A stretch of 63,814 nucleotides of DNA, filler included, from Folioceros fuciformis (lineage: Eukaryota), in assembly GCA_049999805.1 (NCBI GenBank). It is 13 parts of 13 records of this genome, joined end to end, with 100 filler letters (N's around TTAATTAATTAA, not from the genome) between each part and the next. Parts side by side here need not be neighbours in the genome. Positions count along the whole stretch, not along the records: positions 46,611 to 50,969 come from JBNGIO010002939.1; positions 51,070 to 54,176 come from JBNGIO010002940.1; positions 54,277 to 59,847 come from JBNGIO010002941.1; positions 59,948 to 63,814 come from JBNGIO010002951.1; 9 more parts are not named here. One strand, 5' to 3'. The notes beneath the pieces were generated by a model that saw only the letters and a list, made by a program, of their open reading frames with translations, was not told the origin of the DNA and ran no database searches. Positions 46,611 through 59,986 of the stretch are shown piece by piece. The first letter of the stretch is position 1. Each line of letters starts with the position of its first letter. Both the position numbers and the translations under genes were made by a program.

Positions 46611-48437
46611 CACCTCCTCGTTGACAAGATCGTCGTCATCCAGGATGCTAGCCCATTCTTCAGCTACCTTCACAATGCCATGACCTTCTTCAGCCACCTT
46701 CCCGATGACAATTCCATCTTCAGCCACATCCACGATCCCTACGCTATCGTCAGCCTCCTCCGCGATTCCTAACTCAGCTTCTGGTTCTGTGATGCTCTGT
46801 TCCAACTGGGATATGGCCAGTCCTACGGTTGTGACCTCAACAAAGTCCCGCTCAGGCTCTGCAAGCTGAACATTAACCTGGCTTGACCCGACGGGCTCTA
46901 CAATCTCATGCTTTTCATTTTCAACATCTTGAGTCTGCACCGCCACACTGCCTTGCTCTTCCTTTTTCTCTCTCGCCTCCCTTGCCTTCAATTGGAGAGC
47001 CAAAAACTTTTCCTTAGCCACCTTCACATCCTCTAGACTCCTGGTAACGTCCCCAAGAGTATGAGGAGGCTCCAATTTTAGTTTGGCAAACGAGGACAAC
47101 ACGTCTACCGACAGTATGATGCTCTCCTTGTCCTTGTTCCTGAGAGGGCTTGGCGCTCGCGTCTTCTTCGCATAAACCCTCTTTCCTTTGCCTGCTGCAC
47201 AACCTGCAAACCATCCATCTAGATCCACGTTACTTTTCTTGGAGGCCACCATCGTCGTCCCTTCGGATGCAAAACTCCCAGCTTCAAACTGTGCCCGCGT
47301 GCACTCACTGCCCTCCACACGCGATGCCACATACTTCTGCAAGTATGATTCAAGCTGATCACAATCGATAAGCTCGTGTGTGAAAGGCTGGACGAAGTTT
47401 TCGAGCTCCTTCTGTTTCCTGATAGCCTCCCTTTCCTTCCTTTCTGCTTGCCGCTTTTTGTAGCTCCGCTTCTCGTCAGCAAGCTGTTGTTTTTTGAATG
47501 CCCTTTCCCGCTGCCAAAACAGACCTTCTTTCACTCTATATTCACGCTCCAGCTCCCAAATTTCATTCCTATACTCCTTTATCTTCTTGTCAGCACGCTG
47601 CATCTCTTCCTGCAGCGCAGAAAATTCAGCACTCTCAGCAGTCTCTCTCGAGAGAGCTTCCGCAAAGATCTCCTTCTGCAGCTCTTGCTTCTCCTTGGTC
47701 TCTTTCAACAACTTGTTGAGCTCGTTGATCTCCTCGAGATGCGCTGATCGAGAGCCTTCGCCCGGCACCTCAGTGATCGAGTTCATACACTTCTTCGCCC
47801 TGGTCAGCTTCTGGACATGCTGGCGAAGCTCCTCTACCTGGAACCGAGACAACTTCGAGTCCTGAGCGTTAGACATCCTGTCCTGCAGGCTCTTGATCTC
47901 CGTTTCTATCGAGTCCGTCTTCAAAGCATGCAGCCTCTCCTGCACGGGTCGTGCCCGCAGGCTCATCTGCTCCCTGAATTCATCAACCAGCGCCAGTTTC
48001 TCCTGGACAGATTTCTTCCGGTCCACCAAAGTCCGGAACTCGCTCGTCAATGCAACCACCTGGCTGCGGACGTACGCAACCTTACGGATAGTTGCCTCAT
48101 GGTTCTTAAGCTTCCTCGGCCAGATCGTTCGTATCTGAGCAGTCCTCCCACGCAACGCTGCGATAGCCGCGTTTCTCTTAGCCAGTTCACTGTTCAGCAC
48201 CTCCTTGTCAGGACGTTCGAGCCTCTTGACTCGCTGTGTTCCGCTCATAATCCCTTCTCCGGCATCGCCCGAATCTTTGGTTTCCTTCATGTCCACCATG
48301 TTGCAAGAATCCCGCACCTCACACAAGCTCAAATCCGACAATCCGACACCAGAATTATGTGCCGGGGTGCCAGTATCTCCACCTACAACTTTTTTTCTCC
48401 TCTTGATTCTAACTCTGGCTTGCAGGCAAGGCTCCAC
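46611..48437 (-). CDS. Bfr1 / proton-pump-interactor-like long coiled-coil protein; intronless, 3' end cut by contig end
   Basis: Over 600 open codons; ERPDKE N-terminal motif, coiled coil, PFTHELIDCDQLESYL and FAKLKLEPP motifs recalled from Bfr1-like proteins; true start may be a downstream Met. Confidence 0.6.
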
Positions 48438-49258
48438 GATCCACTGGTGCTAAGAAGCGCAAAGTTCAGTGCATCTCCGGTCGGAACGAATACAAGCCGC
48501 TCATACATCCAGCCATTTTCTCTGCCCTTTACCCGCCATCGCCTTCCGGGTTTAGTCACACAATGGCACCTTTACACACCTTCTTACGCTTTAGTCACCG
48601 GGCACGTAAGGTAAGAAGAGAAGGCGCAAACACAAATGAAGGCACTGACACCATTTATAGATGAGTATGTACACATATAGCATCCAAATTCCTTCCATAC
48701 CCAGAAAACGTCTTTTTCTACACATAGATACTTCTATTTTGAATATAGTAAAAAACATTTTAACATTAAAAGAGATAAGTTTAGTTCAAGGTTTATAAAT
48801 TTTTATCAGTAATTGAAAAACAAAACTTCCTATTCAGCTCTATTCATGAAAACAGTTCTATTATGGAATGGTTAGGTTACGTCCATTAAATATTTTTCCA
48901 AAATAATATATTTTATTATTATTAAAATTATATATAATAAATATTTATTTATTTTACATAAATACTACTAAATAAGCATGAGACATACTTATATATATAC
49001 AAAGGGTACATATGATCAAACTAAATCAGGACTCTTTTTATACAAAACTTTTGACCTAATTTTGTATAAACTATTTAAATAAAAATCTACCATTTTCACG
49101 TTTCTAAACATTAATCCCTAACATTAATCCTTGATATACACTGTTGCTTAATTTCAAAACCCCTTACATCCATTATATTTTAATAGAGGTAACAACAATA
49201 TATCAACAAATTAGTCCACTAAACTTCACCATAATTTATTTATCACACCACTTTTTTT

Positions 49259-50779
49259 ATGGCAAATAACAACATGGACGAAATTTATCATGCAGCAAAG
49301 GTATGTGTGGAGTAATTCACTGTTTTATTCAATTGATGTAAACTCCGAGATCCAATATGCACAATTTGTGATTTCTTCAATGCGAGTTGTCAAGATTGTA
49401 TCGTCGTGATTATCACACAGTCTTGTTTTGGCTGTTTAGTATTCTCGCCCAGTTCTAGCTCGAATGCCTGTGCCGCCTCATAATGGATATGGGCAACCCG
49501 AGGATAGTTACCAGCATATTATTCGTCTGATTCCGAAGCCTCCACGGAAAGATTTCGATAAGTGGCTCCATAATGAGGGAAAGGTACATGACACAACAAA
49601 ATCCACCATGGAAGGCTAATGAGTTCCTCGAGGTACACATAACACATTGCACCATGCAAAGAGAAAGTTTAAACCCAAAGCATGCAAAGAGAAAGTTTCA
49701 AAGCAAAGCAAACAGACTTTACATATTCAAACCATTCTTCCAAAGGTCATGTGTATAGGCAAGTGACAACAAGAGCTCATACTTTTGATGCAACTTTAAT
49801 TCGTGGTTTGAAGAAATGTAAGCATAGATCTAATGAACTTTTGTGAGATGATGTGGATGATTTTATGCACCAGGTGCTGCGATTTGTTGCAAGGTTAGCG
49901 GAGGATGAGAGTCATCGATTATTAGAATATAATAAAGGAAGATTTTTTGTTTTTCAAGTAGGTGTATGGCTTTGAGGTTTCGCACATCTAGTCTAATGTG
50001 GTGCTTAGTTTTGTTGTTAAGATCATGACCGTTTTTGGGCTGTGTTTTGGAATACAGTATTATTTAGAGGATGACACCGTCTCAGTATTTGAATCACCGG
50101 TGAGAAACTCGGGAATACCAGGCGGCCGATTTTATAGTCGACAAAGAACAGGATTTAAGCCGAACAGTAATCAACGATACACAGACATGGACATGTTTGT
50201 AGGAAATATTATTGAAATGAACGGCAATTTATTTAAGCTTCTTGAAGCTGATGAGTGGACTCTGAAATGGATGGAGCATCATCCCCTACGACATCCCATG
50301 TCTGACATCCGTCTAGTGATGGAAAAGGTTGGTGTTCATTTATGCATTTTGACTAACTTTCATTAATCTTGTTTTCTTGTTTAGATGAACATTGTTTCAT
50401 GGGTTTGAACAACTAGGTACTATGTGAATTGAAGTCCCTATCTCATAAAGATCTCAAGAACCTCTTGATGTCATTACAAGAACAAGTAAGGTATGCTTGC
50501 ACATGATCCATGATGCATGTAAATAGACTTCACCTTTCTTTAAGGTAAAAGTAATACGATATCATGGATTTGCTAATCAAAAGTAACATATGTCGCATCA
50601 ATAGGAATGGCTCAAGTAATCAATTCACAGAAAGCTTTCTTCAACTCGAGAAATATAACATTCATCACTTTGATCAAGAATTGGTTACATTGAGACGAAA
50701 CTTCGATGACAACTTGGGAAGAACTGTGGAGTTTTTGTGTGCTATGATTGATACATGTTTGCAACATGAAAGTGACTAG
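49259..50779 (+). CDS. EFHC/RIB72-family protein with one DM10 domain, 262 aa, 6 exons
   Basis: Exons 49259-49300, 49440-49583, 49874-49957, 50058-50327, 50417-50490 and 50605-50779 (all GT-AG, 789 nt in frame). Motifs PPHNGYGQPEDS, PKPPRKD, VLRFVAR, YYLEDDTVSVFESPVRNSGIPGGRF and EADEWTLKWME. Confidence 0.85.
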
Positions 50780-51069
50780 TGTTCCATAATTTACATATAA
50801 TTTCTAAAAAACAAATACTCTTCTAACAAGCTTTTTTAGGGTTTAGGTAAATTTAAAAGATGTAGACAAATTTGTTTTTAGTAGGGTAGATAGAGTACAT
50901 GAGAGAAGATGGGATAGCATAGTCATTACTATCACTTTGTCTATCTTTAATTTTTTTTATCATAAGTTTNNNNNNNNNNNNNNNNNNNNNNNNNNNNNNN
51001 NNNNNNNNNNNNNTTAATTAATTAANNNNNNNNNNNNNNNNNNNNNNNNNNNNNNNNNNNNNNNNNNNN

Positions 51070-51481
51070 AGTCTAGTGACTCTTGCCGGGTAGGAGGAGT
51101 CAGTAGGGAAGTGTAGAAGGTAGTGGTGTCATTGTTAGTTGCTGGTGTTGGTGCTGGAGTGAAAGAGTGAGTGAAGTGAGTGAGGGAAGTCGCAGATCTA
51201 AGAGGTTAGGGTCGTTGTAGTGACTGGAGTGAGTTTGTGGGCACCGAGAGAGGTGTAGTTGACCGCCGAATAGCGAGGCCTGTCCTACGCCTAATCAGAG
51301 CTGGAGGGGAGCCCTCGAATCCATCATCGAGTCGATCAAGTCCGACCCTCCATCCACAGTAGCAAGGAACCCCATCGCTCCTTCGTGGGAATGAAATCCA
51401 ATGTTTCAACGACAGTGGGATAAGTGTGGCCACTAAAGGTGGAACCCGTTGGCAATCAATGCCTGGGGTTTTGCCTCCACA
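51070..51481 (+). repeat. LTR family A, 3' end, inserted into copia RT
   Basis: Reverse complement of ~11440-11848; ends GCCTCCACA. Confidence 0.9.
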
Positions 51482-54176
51482 ACAGCCATAGCTTCCTTCT
51501 CTTCATCATCTTGGGGAGATTGAGCAAAAGTAAGCTTCACCGTTAGACTGCCTAGTGTAGATACTGGTCGTGAATTTTCCAGGTTGAATCTATGCAGAGT
51601 CTCATTAATATATTTATTTTGGTGTAGGACTAGTGTCTTGGCACTCCTGTCACGAAGCAACTGAACACCAAGCACAAAGGTAAGCTGCCCTATGTCTTTC
51701 ATATCGTATCTGTTGCGTAACATTTGCTTAACCCAGTCCAAAAGTTCACGACTGTCAGAAGCTAATATAGCATCGTCCACGTATAAAGCTAGTATGACAA
51801 GATGCCCTTCCTTCTGATACAAGTATACATTTGCATCTGCAGGGTTCTGAGCAAACCCTATGGACTTCAGGTAAGCGTCAATATGCTTATACCATTCATA
51901 GGGCACTTTGTTTAAGCCCATAGATGGTTTTCTGTAGCTTGCATGCCCAATCTGGATGTTCTCTGTCCACGAAGCCGTCTGGCTGTGACATGTAAATGTC
52001 CTCTTCTAAATCTCCATACAAGAAAGCAGTTGAGACATCCATCTGTTCTAAATCCCAATCTTTAGCTGCAGCAAGGGCCATAATCATTCTAATGGACTGA
52101 GTTTTGACTACAGGACTAAATGTCTCGTTGAAGTCCACTCCTGCGACTTGAGAAAAGCCACGTGCGACTAAACGAGACTTGTAGCGTGCAATATCACCAG
52201 CTGCATTCAATTTATGTTTGAAGATCCACTTACAACTGACTACCTTATGGCCAGGAGGTAAGGGGGACAGCTTCCAAGTTTGATTTTGGAGGAGTGAATT
52301 ATACTCATCATGTATAGATGGAATCCAATGGTGCTTGTCTCTTCCTGTAATAGCCTACTGATAGGTCCTAGGTTTAGGAGGATGAGAGGTGCTTCTTGAT
52401 TGCAGATCCACTGAGACAGCAGCACGAGGAAACCTCCAATCGATTGAAGCATAAGGAACTTCTATCCATTGGTCCTGAGGAGGACGATGCCGTGCTGAAT
52501 ACCTTCGTTCAGGCTCAGGAGCAGGAACAGCTGGTATAGCAGGAAGGACAACAGCATCAATAGGGTTAGCACCCCCAGAAGGATCATCCTCTCCACTGGA
52601 ATCACTATCCGCAGCAGGAGGTACTTCTTCAGCAACAAATGCATCCCCAACTTCCTCTGCAGCAGGTCCAGGGACATTTCCTCCAATATCATCTGCTTCA
52701 AGTGGATGAGGTAAAAAATATGCTTCAGCCCCAGCATCTTCAACCACCAAATTCTGAGCTTTAGCTTCAGCAATCGGATTTTGGTGCAGGTTACCCCCGG
52801 AATCCGGTGCAGAAGGAGAAGTATCTTGGGGATATGAAGAGGGCTCATCAAAGATAGAAGACGAATCAACAGGAGAAGGAGAAGAGGCATGGGCAGGCTG
52901 AAGAATTTCTTTGAAGGAGACACTGCGAGCAAAGACAGAATGGTGAGATAAGGGGTCATATAGTTTGTATGCTTTGGCTTCTTCCCCATAACCAACAAAA
53001 AGCATTGGTTTGGCCCTGTCTTGTAACTTTTGCCGTAGGTGTGAAGGAACATAGACATCAGCTGGAGACCCGAACACGCGAAGATGCAAGATGCTAGGCT
53101 TCCGACCCCATAAAGCTTCATAGGGTGTACGACCTGGAACAGCACTGGTAAGAAGGCGATTGAGTATATAAGTGGCAGTAACCACAGCCTCGGCCCAGTA
53201 ACATTTGCTCAAGCCAGACCAGCTCAACATGCTCCGAGTCATGCCAAGTAAGGTTTGATTACACCGTTCGGAGACTCCATTCTGTTGGGGAGTGTAGGGA
53301 ACTGTGAGCTGTCTAACAATTCCCTGTGTAGCCAACAGATCATTAAAAAAAACATTAACGAACTCTGTGCCATTGTCGAAACGCAGGAACTTTAGAAGGC
53401 AACCAGTCTGTCGCTAAATCATGGTAAGCCACTCCTGAAACACAAGAAAAGTGTCTGACTTCCGTTTGAGGGGATATGTCCAGGAATATCGAGTATAATC
53501 ATCTGTGATAGTTAAATAATACAGAGCACCCCCCAAGGAAACCACATGAATCCTGCTAGAAAGATCGGCATGCAACAGTTCAAGAATATGGGAGAGGTCC
53601 TGAAGGCAGGTGCTGTGGGGAAAGGTAATTCTTTCTGTTTTGAACGTTGGCATGCATCACATAGTGGCAGATCCTTGAAACATTTGGGCAAAGGCTCCCT
53701 GTAATAATCCCCCATGGACATCTTGACTAGTTTGTCCTTGTTCGCATGTCCAAGGCGGTCATGCCAAACTTGAGCTTGATCATGAAGATTAGAAGGATAC
53801 TGCACCATATGCAAACTAGGAGGAGAAGAGCACACCAAATCTAGCTTGTACAGATCATTATGGTGCACCCCCTTTGCCACAACCCGTGCAGGGTTACCAC
53901 GCAAGGTAAGTACACAACCAGTTGGAGTAAACAAAAGATCATAGCGGCACAAACGCATTAACTGCCTGACGGATACTAAGTGCTTTGCCATTGCAGGAAC
54001 ATAAAGCACATGGTCAAGTACCAACTTCATACCATCAGCCAAAGGAAAGGAACAAGTACCCGTGCCATGGATGCGTAATCCAGTATGAGAATGTTCATCC
54101 CCTAACAGCACTCTTTCAGTTGTACTCTTGGTAGATATGAAATTGCTCATAAGTGACTTGTCCTTACAGATGTGGG
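51482..54176 (-). pseudogene. Copia pol pseudogene (PR end, integrase, RT)
   Basis: WHDRLGH, CDACQ, PQQNGVSER, YKSRLVARG, IYGLKQS and YVDD; frameshifts. Confidence 0.94.
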
Positions 54177-54983
54177 NNNNNNNNNNNNNNNNNNNNNNNN
54201 NNNNNNNNNNNNNNNNNNNNTTAATTAATTAANNNNNNNNNNNNNNNNNNNNNNNNNNNNNNNNNNNNNNNNNNNNCATATATAGAGACCTAAGGGGCCC
54301 CGGATCACCAAAGGCCAAGGACATACCCCACTCACCTACCTACAGACCTGGTCCTTAATGTTCTCAATGACCCGAGGGCCAAGGGGGCACTCGCTCATTT
54401 CCCCTCTTTGTCCCGGTCTCCAGTACACCCCAAACCCCGAAGCCCAAAGGGGACTTTGGGTATAAACACCCTGGTCTTATTCACCTACTAAGCCAATTCG
54501 CCTGTCCCTTCAGAAAAAAAATCACAACCTGCTCATTCCATCGCTCAAAATGGGGGTTTCGAAAGCTTTTTTCGTTCACACCAGCCACAAGCAACGTGAG
54601 GATCTCAACTAGGAAGTTATCTAATTAGAGAGGCACCAATAGGCTTCTTTATACAAAGTTTTCAGAGCGGGTGTCACACCCCGCCATAAAGTCTGGGTCT
54701 AAAAATAGTCAACTTGAAAGTTGCCCTTAATTATGAGTGGCATCACGTTCAAGATAGCATCTAGTTAAATCTTATCTAAATTCTATTTTTAAGATGCAAT
54801 AACTCCTGGCCTACTTTAGCGTTGTGGCCTCCTCCTATCCGTTCTTCTGGTCCTTCCTTTGCCACCAGATCCCTAGGCTCTCCTTCCACACTGCTGATCA
54901 GGCAAATCCTCCCATAAAAATTTCCACCTCACTCCCGTTGCTAGCTGTCCTCTCCTCCTCTATTGGCCACCTATTGCTAAGGA

Positions 54984-55883
54984 CTAGCACAAGTTCTTCC
55001 TCCACCCAAGCTTGTGCCTCCTCTTCGCAGGAGTCTTCTTACCTCCTCCCACCTTCTGTTTTCTACTGACGGTGGCCTCCTCTTTTGAGCTACTGGTCGC
55101 TCCAGATTCCCAGCTGCTCGACTTTGGCTCTGCCTCTTCCTTGGGCTCATCCGGTTTCCACTTAATCTCCCTAACAAGCCTCCACATATGCAAGGAAGCC
55201 ACATTATCCAACTCCGGCAAGCAGTTAGCATGTGAGTACAGGTGGACAAGGAAAGGGGAAATTAAGAGTGGGCGAGGATTGGGAGAGGTCAAATTTTGCC
55301 TCTCCTCACTCAGCCTGTCGAAGATGATCCTCCCCAAGTCGATCCTGCTCCTCTTGACCACCTCATGCATGAATAACAGCATATGGTCAGATAAATAACC
55401 CTGCTTCTTGTGCTTTAGGAAGCAAAGGAGCCATTTGACTAGACCCATGAGTTGCGCAGATGCCATCTCGCGCGTCAGCCATCCATTGGGCTCTCGTCCT
55501 ATGCCCGCCTTGAACAACGCTGTTGTTGCTGCCACCGTGCTCCGCTTCCGAAGGGACTTGATTACGACCTCTCTGGCTTCCTCCTCACTGTGCCCATACA
55601 TTGCCCTGACCAGGTCCAGGTCCCAATCTTGTGGCCTATCCCTTATTCCTCCTATCAGTGCCTTAGCCCACATCTATTGTGCACACTCCTGCACCAGGCC
55701 CGCATTCGCATAATTCCAGCGTTTTGCCATGAACCCGAGACCCAACTTCTCCACCAGATCACTTGCCCGAACCCTCCAGTAGTCCATGTTGGGCCAAAGA
55801 GCAATCTCGACCTGTGCCATAGGTTTGGATGTGGTGTTCCCGCAAGAATCAATCATTGTTAGCTCAACCACAATTTCCGCCAT
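54984..55883 (-). pseudogene. Retrotransposon accessory (env-like / putative plant transposon protein) ORF, one internal TAG
   Basis: ORFs 55674..55883 and 54984..55673 are in frame; motifs NGWL, IDLGRIIFDRL and ISPFLVHLY resemble gypsy extra-ORF proteins. Confidence 0.6.
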
Positions 55884-56661
55884 CCGTCACCCCTCCAGGG
55901 TGTGCTTGCGCTCTGCCACCACTGCCTAAGCTTGCTCCTCACAGCCTCGCGTTTCCTCGAGCTTGTCAGGAGATGCCCGCTATTACCGCGCGCTTGCTGC
56001 CTCTTCTTTGGTCACCCCGCTCAGCCCGGATGCTTGCACATTCATTTCCCTATAGCTTGCTCCCCAACACCGCTTCAGTCGTGGTTGCGCTCCACTTCGA
56101 AAATGCCCCCCGGACACTTGGACTTCCCCTTAGGGTTTCCATCTTCCAAAAGCCTTCCTATTTCCATGACTGCTACCGGTTTCCACTATCGGTTGCTCCT
56201 TTTGCAACAGCTTTCCTCATTTCTCGACCGTCGTCGGGTTTCGACTACCTCTCTTCTCAGACTAAGTCCACACACAGAGTGGGACACTCTACTCTCGGTT
56301 TGATCTCTAGCTCCTAACACAAAATGACCTACTATCTCTAGGGTCGCCCCCTTATATAGGCTTTTGCAAATTGTTTAAAGGCAAAAGGCCAAGGAACAAT
56401 CAGCCCCCTGGTCCGAGGACCAGTTATTGGTCAAACAAAACCCAAAACTAAAAACTCATATGCCAAGGAACTTTTAAGTACAAATACCTCGACCCACTCA
56501 CAACCTAACTCTATTTCACACCAAACTTAGCAAAAAAAACGAAAAATCACTCCAACGCGCACCTCAACAGGGAGTTCCTAGTTATCAGATCGTTCACACC
56601 CTCTCTCCCTCAAGGGCTCAGTTTCACCCTTATGGTAGCGATCCCAGCTCGTTGTGTGCTG

Positions 56662-58318
56662 TCACCAGGCCTCTTGGGCATCCGTCTCCCTCTTCCTCCA
56701 TGTCTGTCTGGTAGGGTTGGGGTCTGGCATGGGGATTGGAGGTGGGATTACTCCAGTGGGCGGCGGACTAGGAGAACGAGGTCCCCGCCCCTTCTGCTTC
56801 CCATGCAACGAAGAAGGCTGTCTAACATCGGATGGCCCAATCCCATGCTGCTGGTTGAAATCCAGTTGCGCGGCTAGCCAGACTAGCTCCATGCGGTCCG
56901 CCTCTTCCCTAGTCCTTGGTTCTCCCCCCTATTCCCAGCACCGGAGACAACAAGTCCTCTGGCTCCGTACTGGTGGGTGGTGGGGCACTCCGCAACGGGA
57001 TTCATCTCTCGGCCGTAGACATGGCCTTGATATTCCGCCGCTTGGGCGGAGGTGCTTAGGCTGGTGGCGCTCCTTCTTTTTGCTTTGGAGGTGGGCTGAT
57101 CAGGGAGTTGGGAGCAAAGGGCATGGAGGGCGACTTCGGTGCTACTCCCTGGCTATCCTCTAAGGGGTCCAAAACTGGTAGAGGCACTAGGGCAGTGGGG
57201 AGAGCCTTAGGCTCAGTAGCCGGCGCTGTGGTCTTCTTCGTGGGGCTAGTGGAGGAGCGACAGAGGAGGAGGGTGCTAGAGTGGACAGCAGCCAAGCGAG
57301 GGAGGCCTTTTCCAAATATGTTAGGACCTTATATTGGTCCCAAATATGAAAAAGGAAAGGGGAGAGTCTTGGAGCGGGTGGCTTCTTCTGCTAAAGTTTC
57401 CTAACATCGAATTGAATCTGATGCGCCACCACCTTTCCCAAATCCAAAGGGGTGCCCTGTGCTAGCCCATAGAAGAGTAACAACACTTCGTCGGCTATGT
57501 GGTCCATCTTCGTCACTAGCAGCCAGTTAACAATTAAGCGGGCCACTCCTCCGATTCGTGGCTCTGCGAAGTCGTGGATCAACCACCCGTTGACGGTTTT
57601 GGTGGAGTCTGCAACCAAGAGCATTGCTGCCGCTTCCTTCACCAGCTCATTGTTGGACTGGGAGTTGAGGTAGAGTCCGCCTTGCTCTTGTAGGATCACT
57701 AGAGGAGCATGGTGGAGGAGAGGAGAAGAGGAGGTAGAGAGGAGAAGAGAAAAAGAGGTCACATTGAGAGTGGTTGGCAAGGGAGCTCAAGGGGGTATTT
57801 ATACCCTCTAGAAGAGCTCCCTAGGAAGCTTCACAAGAAGCTCACAGGAAGCTGCGCAAGAAGCTTCCTATAGATTAGCTTAAGCTAATCTAAACTAATG
57901 ATACTTAACTAGACACTAATCTTAGACTAAACACATTAGTCTAAGCACATTAACTAGACACTAATCTTAGACTAAACACATTAGCCTAAGCACATTGGGC
58001 TTTAATAACCCTACAGCTCTTCCACTGGACGTCGATAAACCTCTCGCATCATTGGGGCAGTCCACAATGTAGGATTGTCTTGGATTTTTGCTAAGGCGGC
58101 CTTGCCCAGAGAGTAGTGCATCATGGTCCTGGAAATTCCCAAACGATCGCTGTGGAATTGATGGCCCAGAGGAACTGAAAAAACCCTAACTCTCACTGCT
58201 CCATCAAGTCTCTTGCTGCTGCTATCTAGGGCGTGAAGTTGGGGTAGGAGAGCATCTGCATTTGCTACCCGTTGAGCCTCTAGGTGTTGTCAACCTTAAG
58301 AAACTGCCCTAGCGCCAT
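56662..58318 (-). pseudogene. Second, paralogous accessory ORF split by a solo LTR
   Basis: YPNF..ARDLMEQ*ELGFF, IQDNPTLWTAPMMREVY, NGWL and LDLGKVV are colinear with the ORF at 54984-55883; 3' end approximate. Confidence 0.6.
57689..58015 (-). mobile_element. Solo LTR (327 bp) with 5-bp TSD
   Basis: TGTAGG...CCTACA termini; GCTCT at both 57684-57688 and 58016-58020; TATAAATA on the minus strand; 45-bp tandem duplication 57905-57996. Confidence 0.92.
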
Positions 58319-58778
58319 GGCGGAGGAGTTTTGCGGATTGAAGATGAGGGTGAAGTAGCAGAAGGCGTTGGCACTCCGACTTTTGCAAGGAGCAGGAAGA
58401 GCGCCAGAGTCGTGGAGAAAGCTAGAAGGCTGCAAGGTTCCGGTAGATGGAGTGGAAAAGGAGGTGGATGGAGAGAAAGCAAAGAGTCAGAATGAAGTTC
58501 AGGAGTGATGGCATGAGCGAGAGAGGGTCAGGTGGAGTATATTGGCTAGCGTACGCCAGTGTAAAGCTTTACACTTAGCGGCTCTAGTACACCTGCAACC
58601 GTCCGGGATGGTTACGCCTCACTTTCTACATAATGTCAGGGTATCGGATCTTCGATGGATCATCCTTACTGTCAATGTTTGTCCAGTGAAGGTCCAACAT
58701 GCCTTTGACTCCAAGGATTTCGGGGTCGCCGAAAATAGCCATTTATTGGAAAAACCAAATTTTCTACTAACTCCGGAG

Positions 58779-59081
58779 ATGAGTGTGGTGGAGTCGGAGA
58801 CGGCGCGGCAACTGCTAGAGGAGGAGCAGCGGGTCCTGGACAGGGAGAAGGCTCAAGCCGAGGAAGAGGCGCGCGAGGCGAGGGCTGAAGTGCAAGCGCC
58901 GAAAGAGCAACAGGGGACCCTGCTAGCTCAGGTGAGGGAGGCTCACGAGACTAACTTGGAGATGCAACAGGAAATGGCCAGGGCACAGGAGATGGAGATA
59001 GCCGCCGTGAAGCAGGCTCAGAAGTTGGCTGACAGATACAAGCGGGAGGAGTACTACTTCGGTGATTATTTTCAGACCTAA
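58779..59081 (+). other. Glu/Gln/Ala-rich coiled-coil ORF fragment, probably TE-derived
   Basis: Composition only. Confidence 0.3.
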
Positions 59082-59986
59082 TACTTATGCAGTTACCATT
59101 GATGACTTCGAGTCCCATCCAGCATATTGTCTTGTTATGGGGTAGTACATCGTCACACATTATGGAATTTGCAGCGCTATGTTCTTTGATGGCTAAAGAG
59201 CGTGGGTTTTTTTAAGAACGATAAGGGGGATCAAATTTATGTTGCTATGTGGTTGTAACCAATCCCATGAGGAACTCCATCTACTAGCACATCATCATCG
59301 ACCTTTTGGTTTGGGCAATGGTTGGACTGTGTGATAAGCAAGGTCCATGTACAAGTACGCTCCTAAGTACGTGGGCTGTGGTTTATCATAGTCCCCTTAT
59401 TCTCGAGACCCACCCATGAGGCCATGGGCAAGGAGGTCCTTGTACATATATGCTCCCATGTAATAAGTGGGTTGTGGTTTCTCGTAGTCCTCTTGGCCGT
59501 GGACAAAGACTTTTCAAGGCACTACCAGGAAATGTGTTAAAGCCTTTCACAACCACAAGAACAAGATTTTTTTTCTTTCCACAATGGTAGCCTTTTTTCT
59601 ATTGCTTTGTAAAGAGCCATGTGCAACATGGTTTGTAGGATGACAAAGAGTATAAGACTAGCTTGATCGGCACTTATAGCCCTCTTCAAAGTTTTCCTCC
59701 TAATTGTTTTTAGGTACATGGGATTTTTCATCTTTTTTTAATAAAATATAATCATTCTTAAATTAATATTTCATCGTTAATATTGGCTCTTTGCAAAATA
59801 TTTGATCTTACCTCTTTTTTATAATGTTTGAAACCGAATTCCGGAGTNNNNNNNNNNNNNNNNNNNNNNNNNNNNNNNNNNNNNNNNNNNNTTAATTAAT
59901 TAANNNNNNNNNNNNNNNNNNNNNNNNNNNNNNNNNNNNNNNNNNNNGGCCACAGGGATGAGCGCTTGTACTGGGGGAGCTTCTGC

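Noticed and set aside
47150-48614. Plus-strand ORFs overlapping the coiled-coil gene
   Set aside because: Antisense shadows of a codon-biased coding strand.
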